From Vicugna vicugna (Eukaryota), in the NCBI GenBank assembly GCA_013265495.1, contig MU057503.1, positions 248,001 to 312,000 of the forward strand: DNA of 64,000 nucleotides. Reading direction: 5' to 3'. The notes beneath the pieces are model-generated. The model searched no databases. It was not told where the DNA came from and saw only the letters and a program-made list of their open reading frames with translations. The position numbers and the translations under genes were made by a program. Positions 54,414-64,000 of this stretch are shown here, piece after piece. Position 1 is the stretch's first letter, and every line of letters begins with the position of its first letter.

Positions 54414-55779
54414 GCCTGTAACGCTGCGGGCAAAGGACAGAGTCACGAGTGAGAAACAAGTCCAGGAGGGCAGCTCAGAATGAAGACTAGGAATGGTGAG
54501 TCTGGCCTGAAGCCCCCATCAGTGGGTTTCCAGTGTGAGACATGACAACGAGAGAAGTGACTTAAACGCGCTGGAGACCACCAGTGTTGGTCTTCATCTC
54601 AGGAGCAAGGCTGAAAGGAAAAATCAAGCACAGGGTTTTATGGTGGTATAAAAATAACCGCTATTAGAAGCCATACTTCTAAAATGATTTGTTGTTAATA
54701 TTAAATAGATCCAGCATTCATCCCGACAGAATGAAGGAGTCTGTAATCCTCTGGACTCTGGAAATAGCGCAGTGGAGTATTCCAATCTCTGCTTCTGGGA
54801 CGCTGTAGAAAAGACGCTGGCAAGTCTGAATGGTGCCAGCCCGTCCCGTGGCTAAAACGCTCCGTGAGCTGCTGGGAGTGGAGCGCATCTCTCAGGAGTG
54901 ACTCTTGCTTCTGCTTTTTCATAGCAGAACTATTTCTGCACCATTTGTGCTCCAGCAGCTGATGGATACAATGATTTAGGGAAGCACCGTCTAAGAGAAG
55001 TTTGGCAGTAAAGTTGGATATCTTGTTAAAAACTTGTTCCTTCATTGTAACTGCCATTCCACACAACAGGGACCAAACTCAGAAGGATCATATTTAAGAA
55101 TCATTTTTGTGTTCATAAAGCAGTTACAAGATAGAAAACAAAACGCTTAAAAAGTCATTTTGGAGAATAACCATAAGAAACATATAAGCAACTTATTCTT
55201 ACATGTCAAAACATAATGTTTGAAACAGTAAATTATAGGTTCTCTTCTCATAATTTGTCTTTTGTAGTCGTTTGCTTATTGTGGAAAGAAATGATCTGAG
55301 TTCTTCAATCAGTATGTAATTTAGACCAGCTAGGAAGTTATAATTTTTAATTCTGAAAATTAAAGTTTACAGGGTTCTTTGAGAATGTGCTTCAAGAAAT
55401 ACACAGACAGCATGTACCAAGAGGCATTAAAGGCTAATTATTTCTGGACTAAGTAAAATTCTTTGAAAAAGGAAACTATAAACATGGATTGATTTCAGGA
55501 AAAGTAATTCAGAGAGAATTAATGATGACAAAGGAAAAATAATAGAGTGAGACTCAAATAAATCTAAGATTAAATTCATAATAGCTATTATTTATGAGTT
55601 TAACAATTTTAACCTCTAAATATGAAAACTTTAGATTATAAATAATAATTAAAATATGTTACTGATAAAAAGTGGGTAAGGAAGCATTTACAAACACATT
55701 TGCAAGTAACAATACTTATTAATTTATTCAACTCACAGAACTCTGATACATTTTCTTCAGCACAGATGCCCACATTCTG

Positions 55780-56450
55780 TACCATGTGAACCCCTTATCT
55801 TGACCACATAAACCAATCACCCTTACCACAGCTGTCTGAACCAGGCATGTCCCTTGCTCCCAAAACAGTTCATCTTTTCAGTGACCTACTAGGTGGTCCA
55901 GCAAAAAGCACAGCAAAATTGGAATATACCGAGTATATGCGATTTGCCGAACCACTTAGATTCTTTCTCCTTAGAAATTCGAATGTGACACGTAAAGGGG
56001 AAGTATGTTGTTGGCAGGGTAGTGAGACAGAAGTTAAATAGACACAGAGAAATAAGGAAAGCAGCAGAGGCCATGAGGTAGCTGAAGACATGAGGAAGCT
56101 GAAGTCATGAGGAAGGAGAAGCCAAAAGAAAACAGAACGTCACTGGTGTGTAGAACTGGAGTGAGGTAACTGGGTGGTAGAGGCAGGAGGAATCTAAGCA
56201 GAGCCAGAGACTAGCTGTGTCTTGGTCATAAGTAAGCATTCTAGGGAGAAGAAAGCAAAACACATCTGCTGCTGAGGCTAATCAAACAGTGATGGATGTC
56301 AAGGGGCTTTCTAGTTCTCAAACCAGGCTCTGTGAAGCCAAGCTTTCCCCATGTTCCCATAGGTCCCGGCTTTGTGGTTGAAACTCCTTTCTCTCTTATT
56401 TTCACACGCACTATTTCTTTGAACCCCTCCTGCCTGAGGCATCCAAAAGA
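55780..56450 (+). mobile_element. Probable old LTR fragment (LTR78-like) containing a 17-bp tandem repeat at 56072-56116
   Basis: gtgacctactaggtggtccagcaaaaagcacagcaaaattgg recalled from an LTR consensus; catgaggWagctgaagW repeated about 2.6 times. Confidence 0.4.
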
Positions 56451-57834
56451 ATCGAACTAGTCCATGTAAAGGATTTTGAACTTTAATCTTAAAACAGTAA
56501 TTATAAAAGGGCTTCCCATTTCTCATTTTAGGGCCAATGTGGAAATAAACTGAAAATGACCTAGAGGCGAGGATGACACTTTGGAACCTGTTTTAAAGAT
56601 GATGATGATGGATGCACTGGCAGGTGACAAAGGAGGATGAATGAATGGAATTGGATTCAGCTTAGCTGTGGTAAATGGGGGAGCAGGAAGAATCAAGTAT
56701 GATTCTTACTTTCCTGGTCTGGGCAACCAGATGGATGATGGTGCTCTTCATTGAGAAAGGTGGTGTATGAAGAGGACCAGCTCCTTTTTGGGGAGGAGTG
56801 TTAGGTGCCAATGAAACTTCCAGGTAAATATGTCTAGTAGGCAGTAGAATACCTGTATCTGGATCTCTCAAAAGATTTCTAGAGTTAACGTCTGTATAAG
56901 GGCTTGATGTCATGACTTTCAAAGACACCTGGCCAACAGTTTCTTGTTTTATTTCCAAAGCACTAACTTTAGGAATGTACTTGGATGAGGCTGGTTAGTC
57001 TAGGGAAGCTGAGGGTATAGGATTTGTTCGTATCTGAATAGCCTCTGTACTGCATCTTAGCTATCACGTTGCACCTTGTGTTAACTCTGAGATTGATGAA
57101 CTACCTTGCCTGAGTGAGGCAGTCTCCACAGAAGGCTATGTATAAGACCAGTCAAGCTTTATGCATGTAAGCTAGGATCGGAAGGGAAAGTGAAGTTTCC
57201 AGAAGGTCTGATGTTATATATTCTAGAAGATCTGAGTATTTGGAAGTTTTAGAAGTTTGCACTTTCATCTCTTAGCGGATATTACAACTACCTGTATTCC
57301 TTAGATAAGAAATCCAGATGGTGTCTCAGTTGTGGTATTTTGATTAATTGGGACATTCTATTGGTATTTGTCAATATGGAGGTTGTACAAGATGGTATCA
57401 ATAGATTGGTAGTAACTGAAGTCATTGATGTGCCTAAGATCACTCCAGGAGAGTAAATTAAGGAGAAAAGAGATCAGAGAATAGAATCCTGGGAAATACT
57501 AATATCTAAGGAGTAGGTGAAAGAGAAAAGTCCAAGAGGAGAATAAATGAATGATGACAAAATGAATGAATGGTAGACTGAGTAGTGTTTATATTTCATC
57601 ATTAAACTGAGACAGGTATTTCAAAATATTAGACAAGTTTTCTTGTTACACATGAATACATGCTCATTGTTAGATAAATTTTCTAAAAAAGTCATAACAA
57701 ATGTTTAGACAAAGGTGAGTTTCCTAATTTTCAACTAGAAGGTTAAAACTTGCTATAATTAAGTCTATTTACAATTTAATAAAAGACTTAGCATTGAGTA
57801 ATGATCTCAAGAGTCACCTTTCTCTACTACCTAT

Positions 57835-58065
57835 TTAAAACATTTACTCAATACTTAATGTGTGCTTGGCATTGCGCTTAACCTGTAATATCTCATTCAG
57901 ATATTAGAACTACCTCATGAAGAAGGTACTTGTATTTCCTTTTAAAGAACTGGAAACTGAAGATTAGAGAGGTTAAGTAATTTGCTGTAATCACTTGGGT
58001 AGTAACTAACAGGGTGGTGATTCAAACTTAGGGCTTTTTGATCTCAGAGCCTGAGGCTTAACTTG
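57835..58065 (-). mobile_element. MIR SINE
   Basis: aacatttactcaatacttaatgtgtgcttggc..ggaaactgaagattagagaggttaagtaatttgc..gattcaaac. Confidence 0.75.
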
Positions 58066-59319
58066 ATATTGCTATGAAGGCATTACTTATGGTAATATAA
58101 GGTTAAATTTATCAGGCATTTATTATTGTAATTTTCAATGAAGTCACATTACACTCATTCCAACATTTACAGATGGGCTACAATTTTGAAAGTACTTCTT
58201 GAGTTACTTGAAAACAATAATACATATTTGAATAATGTGTTTTTCCTACTAATGGAGAAGTGATTCTGTTTTTAGCATGCTAACTCCTCAGTTTAGCTGA
58301 TTTCTTAACTTGTGGAATCAAAAATTATTTTTACCTCTGCTAACTTGCTTGGTTTTGGCATCAAGCCATGCATTGTTTCTGGGACAGTAAAACCTCTCTA
58401 GGCATATATATGGAAAACTGTCGGGGTTTTTTGTGTTTGAAAAGAAATGTACAGAATACTGGAATACTAGATATAGGTAATTGTTACACACTAAGACTAT
58501 TTTTACCTTTCCAATTATTGTAAGTGTTTTTAATGAACAAATTCTACTTGAATTCAACTATATATAGTAGAGATGTAAAAGACTTTAAGGATGATGATTT
58601 TGAGTCAAGCATGCCTAAGTTGCTAGTAATAATAAAAAATTAAATTTCAATAGAAAAATCAGCTACATAGGGAAAGGCACTGATTGTGATCTTGATCCTA
58701 GATTATTAGGTCAATTATTAGAGGCTCATTTTTAAAAGCTCCCATGGACCTCAAGAATAATGTCTGCCACGTGTTCCCATATTCCACCAAAGTTCCTCCC
58801 CCTAAATTCACATCTTTCAATATAGCCATCAAGTTTCCCAAAAGTAGTGTAACAGGCACAAATGATCCAAACTACTGTTTTAGGACCTCCCTACTATTAC
58901 CTCCTCTGCCAGCTTCACCCATCCTTGCTTTGCTTCATCTCAGAAGGAAAAAAAAATTGTTTACAAAGTACTTGTGGTGCAAGGCTTTTTTTATTTTACA
59001 AACACTGCCACCCACTGACAATCTCATAGGTCCCTGTATTCCATCCTGTAAAGGTGTCATCAGCTCAATTGTCTGAAGGTGTTCATTTCTTCATCTTCTA
59101 CCACTGCCCTGGTTCAGGCTTTCCCACCACCTTTCTTTGCTTCTTACTCAGTAGCTGCGAAACGTCTTAGACAAAAGTGTACTAACCTGGATCTTCGGAG
59201 AAGCACAGCCGATTTTTTCTCTTTACCTTTGCCTCATAAGTATTTGGCACTTCAGATCTAATGAAGGCTTTTATTTGGGCTCCTTATATGAAGATCAAAA
59301 CTCGGTTTTTTAAACTAGG

Positions 59320-59590
59320 GTATTTATTCACTCAACAAATATTTATTGATCGTCTACTATGTGCAAGACATCAGAGATACCGCAGGGAACAAAACAGAAA
59401 AAATAAAATCCCAACGCTTCTGACACTTTCATTTTAGCGGGGACACGGACACGCACTGAATGGGACGTCACAGATTGCAGAGCGCCAGGCAGCTTAACAG
59501 ACGAATTTGGGCTTTTACTTTGGGTAAAATGGGAAACCAGCGGACGGTCTGGAACAGAGGGCAGTTTAATCTTCTATTTTACAGGTTAGG
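59320..59590 (-). mobile_element. L2 3' end at the edge of the MON2 CpG island
   Basis: ttattcactcaacaaatatttattgatcgtctactatgtgcaagaca..gggaacaaaacaga. Confidence 0.75.
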
Positions 59591-59749
59591 AGAAGAAGCG
59601 ACTGCTCCGCAGTAAGTGCACCAGCATGCTTCGTTCAACTCTATGGAGGAATTGCAATTTAGGTCCTCAGCTGGGAAAAAAAAATTAGCAGGAGGTAGGC
59701 GTTGATTTGGGGCCATGGAGTAGCCTGGGCTCTGTTCAGACACTTGTCA

Positions 59750-60510
59750 CCGAAGAGGAAGCGAACCTTGAGCGAACGGTGCCCGGAGCTGGTTCGGGTG
59801 CCGGGAGTGGGCGGGGGAGAGCGCCCCCGCCCGGATCCGGGCCAGCCCCGAGCGGGACCACGCCCCTGACCACGCCCTCCCTGCGGCTCGCCACCGGGTT
59901 GGCCGCGGCGGAGGCGGTGGCCGCGGTGCCCGGAAGTGCAGCTGACGTGTCCCGGCCGCGCTCGGAATTGTGGGCCACTCGGCTAATGGCGTCGGCGAGT
60001 CTGGGGGATCAGGGGAGCCGGCTGTGAAGCTTCTCGCCAGGTTGGCTGGTGACAACCGGTGCTGCCGGGCCTGCGTCAGCAGGAGGGACCTGCCCGCTTT
60101 GTGGGCTCCTCGGCTAGGGCCGGCGAAGCCTAGCGGGGGCGGGGCGACTGCGAGGTGGCTCCTCGGCTAAGAGCCGAGGGAGTTGCGAGGAGGCTGCGGG
60201 GGGCTCTCGGGCACGCTGCCCAGGCCTGGCGGAGCCCCAGTGGAGCCCAAGGGGCGGACTGCCCAAAGGCCAGAGACACCTGGAGGGAGCTGCCTGTCAC
60301 CCCGAGGAGCTGACAGTGCCGAAGTTCGTTTGCGCCGCTCAGAAATTGGCACCAAGCTAGGTGGATCATGTCTGGCACCAACAGCCCCGAGGCGGTTAAG
60401 AAGCTGCTGGAGAATATGCAGAGCGACTTACGGGCCTTGTCCCTGGAATGTAAGAAGAAATTCCCACCTGTCAAGGAGGTAAGCTTCCGGCGACGTCGGG
60501 AAACGGCACA
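59750..60510. promoter_or_regulatory. MON2: MON2 CpG island promoter and 5' UTR
   Basis: Abrupt GC/CpG-rich segment with GC boxes (GGGCGGGG, CCACGCCC twice), ETS CCGGAAGTG 59930-38 and TGACGTG 59943-49, directly upstream of the MON2 ATG. Confidence 0.9.
60368..60478 (+). CDS. MON2: MON2 first coding exon ([37 protein letters not shown])
   Basis: ATC-ATG start, 111 nt, GAG|gtaagc donor; peptide recognised as the MON2 N-terminus; USP15-MON2 order is the known mammalian synteny. Confidence 0.95.
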
Positions 60511-61791
60511 GTGAGCAGACCAGGTCCTGTTCTACCCAGTCCTGTTCGACCCAGTCCTTCACTCCCACCCTCCAGTCCTGTCTAATTCTCCTTTGGCCTT
60601 CACATTTCCATATTTGCGAGGCAGTGGGCTGATCCACAAGTGTTTTTATAGTTTCCTTTGGCGAAGTGTGAGGCGCTTTAATTTTTTTTTCTACTGTTCT
60701 GTCCACCAGATTTAGGAATGAAGTTGGCAGAGTGAGCAGATTCAGCGAATTCACCTAGGTGTATGGTAGCCTCCCCTTTTCTAGCCTTTTTCAAACTTGA
60801 AGCTAGCCACGCCAGGATTGAAAAACTTATGTTTGTTGCTTCTAAAAACTAATGATCATAGTTGTAGTACAAAGTGTGCCCCTCACATTTATTGTATATA
60901 TCACTCAGTTAAAAGTAGATTTCCTTTTTGTCACGTGTCATACAACTTAACTCTTTATCAGTCTCATGAAATAGTAGTAAATTATCCAGAGACACTTGAC
61001 TTCGGATAAATATTGAAGAGCACAGTAACTATATTAAGCCTTGTTATGAGCAACACTGTACTGGGAAGTTTGGGCTTAGAGTCAAATACAACTGACTTCA
61101 ACCACTAGCAAAACAGCAAGACATCCTACTTAACCTCTTTGAGCGTCATTTTTTTTTTCCAGATGTAAAATAGGACTAAAGGGTAGATTTATTAGATTAT
61201 GATGAAAAAGTCGTCAGAGCAAAAAAAATGTGTTGTTAAACAGGCTCAAGTGAATAATGTATACAAGTTAAATTATCCAAACATTTACTGAATTGAAATG
61301 ACTAATATTTAGTCACTATTGGCTTTTTCTCTTAAGCGGCCATTTTATTTCTCTTAAACTTTTTTTAAATGCTGCTCAATTTCTTTTCTCATTCCTGAAA
61401 TAAGATATTTAAGTGATATTTTTGTAAAAGCAATTATTTAAATTTTATTCTACTTAATGTTTGGTATACTACTGCAATTTCATAATTAGAACTTACACAA
61501 TAAAGTTTGAATTTTAGGCTTTTAAGGAACATTAACTTTTTTTAAAGCTATTATAGAACTTTTAAAAATAATTTTCCATCATTAATCATTCTTTTTTTTT
61601 TTTGATGAATAACTTGTACTATGATTCAGGGGAATTGTGTATACTCATCTGAAGCCAGTAAATAATGAATGGTGGCTATGATTTACAACAGAATACACTG
61701 AAGCGAATCTAAAAAGTTTCCATAGATACCCATGGTCAGCGTTTAACACCTGTCACCAGGAAGTAAGAAGACTTGTTGACTTCCTTCTTCA

Positions 61792-61941
<150 letters not shown>

Positions 61942-64000
61942 TCATTTAGAGAAGGACCAGCAACCACACTTAACTGTGGAACCTTAACTTCTGTAAGTGC
62001 TTTGGTCTCGTCGGTCTGCAAGAAACTCCATCTAGTTTTTTTGTTGTTGTTTGTTTGTTTTTTTAATAAAGTAAGCAGATATTACCTACCCAGTGATGAA
62101 AATGAGATGTGCCACTTTTGGAAAGATGACTTTTATGATAAGTTTAATTTCAGATATTCAGTAGTTTGTTTTGATACCAATTTTCATTATTTTTCTGTAT
62201 CATCTTCTGTTGAGAGTTGTAACAAATAATTTTAAAGAATTTTAAAGAAAGTCTGTTCTAATTGCTCTCATTTAGAAAATATTAAATCCTATTTTGTAAT
62301 TTTAACAATAATTTATAGAACTGACTAATCCCAGGTCTTATAATTGATGTAACACAGTGATTCCTCTATATTTTAGACCTTAGTGAGCTAGCTTGGGGAT
62401 TTAATTGCCATTTATTATGTTATTTCTATTGGAAAATACATTCAGAATTCCAAACAAGTAACTTACAAAGTTCTAGAACTCAATCCATCTCTAATCTAGG
62501 AACTTTCAAGAAAGCTAATTCGCTTCTTTTACGTGAACCTTAGCTAAAGATGTATTTCGTTTAGTCTTTGAGGTACAATTGTAATCACACCAAAAATTGT
62601 GAAAGTAATTTTTGGCATGATTATCTCTGATACAAAATTTTGTGTATAGTACACCATAAGAATTTGTTGGCTTTAAGAACTTTGACTCCTTAACCAGTGG
62701 CACTTCTAATAAGCTTAGGGCCCGCCTTCAGGAATTAAAAAATGACCTTGACTGTGTCACAAGTTTAAAACAAGAATGAAGTGATTAGTGATGGTTTTTA
62801 GGAGGGAGTCTTGATTTTCAAGAAGTATTTTGGTTGAGTTAAATTTTCCGTCATAATTTAATAGCAGTGCCATATTTTGGCTTTTGTTCTTAAAGGAACT
62901 GATAAGTTTTATTTTTTTGGAGTGAGGTGAGGGGTGGTACTTGGTAGACACTAAGGCAAAACTTGTCTAAGTATAAGAAACTTTTCTATCTGTGTACTGG
63001 TTTGCTGCTTAACACTCACTCTCCCAGTATCTTTGCAGATATTATCTGAAGAAGACTCGTTCTGGACTACTTAGAAGCTTACTCAAGAACTTAATAGAAT
63101 ACAGGGCTGATTGCATATGTGCTTCAGAAGGGTTGTCTCCTTCCCCATTACTTTTTAAAAAAAAGGTAGAATGAAGTGAGACATTCTATGTTTAGTCTTT
63201 AAGTTTTAATAATTTCTACCTTTTTGGCCATAATACTTGGCTCTAATTTTTTTTCTTAATTAATGATAAGCTGGATTTTTTAAGATTTCAAATCTGTTAG
63301 AAAAATAGAAGAAAAGAGTATTGATAAAGGATAATGGCTTACTTACTGATATTTATTACTTTGGATATTCTTCATAGTTTTCTCCATCTTAATTGTTTTC
63401 ATTTACAAAACAATTTGCATGTTAAGTTGTATTTATAGTGGCTATAATTTCATTCTGTCATTTTGTAATGAAGGTAGTAATACATTCAGTCTTTTTTTTC
63501 CCCTCCTATTTTCCTTAGATATGAATCTTCATACTTCAGCAGTATAACTTTCTTTTAAGCACAAGTGTACTAGCTAATTTATTCTGAAATAATTGTATGA
63601 GAAGTTTTTTTTCTTTGTCTTAAAAATTACTTTAGAGCTTTGTAAATCACTTCTTTATAATTTATATTCATTCAGTGGCCTTCAGAAGCAGTAACCTCTG
63701 AGGTTTTGTGTTTATGTATTTAATGAATAAAACCCTTTTGGTCGTTTCTATTTGCAGGCACTACTCTGTGGAAACAAATGAGGGGCTCTAATTAAGTCTA
63801 GAACCATGATCAGAGTGAGTTTGTAATTGTGGAGCTGAGTCTTTATAGAGTGAGTAGAAGCTAGCCAACAGAAGAAGGGGGCATTCTAGGCAGAGGAAAT
63901 AGCACATGTTTGTATTCCATGTAAAATAAATTTCATGATGAAGGTGATTGGGAGCCATTAAGGCTTTTTAAGAGAGTGGCATGATCAGATTTATACTGAG

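Noticed and set aside
59707..60754. Dense 60-114 aa ORFs on both strands at the CpG island
   Set aside because: Expected from stop-codon scarcity in GC-rich DNA; the real CDS is 60368-60478 in another frame.

Overview
Mammalian genomic DNA, AT-rich and repeat-laden; probably a camelid, inferred from four tRNA-derived Vic-1-like SINEs. The + strand carries the 3' two-thirds of the deubiquitinase gene USP15: 14 coding exons from 13512 to the stop at 32257, 2031 nt joining in frame to 676 aa, with all GT-AG junctions read from the sequence. The exon with the catalytic Cys lies upstream of the window. A 3' UTR with several poly(A) signals follows, then about 25 kb of mostly transposon-derived sequence, and finally the CpG-island promoter, 5' UTR and first coding exon of MON2 (ATG at 60368). 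No prokaryotic-type system, RNA gene or CRISPR array is supported. The best leads are regulatory and are hypotheses: two closely spaced candidate stop-containing ('poison') cassette exons in the USP15 intron at 7283-7561, a uORF and competing RNA pairings in the MON2 leader, a strong CTCF motif inside an LTR-like fragment between the genes, a piggyBac transposase fossil, and several nested or ultra-short insertions with readable target-site duplications. Repeat family names are from recalled consensus sequences, not a database search, and repeat boundaries are approximate unless TSDs are given.
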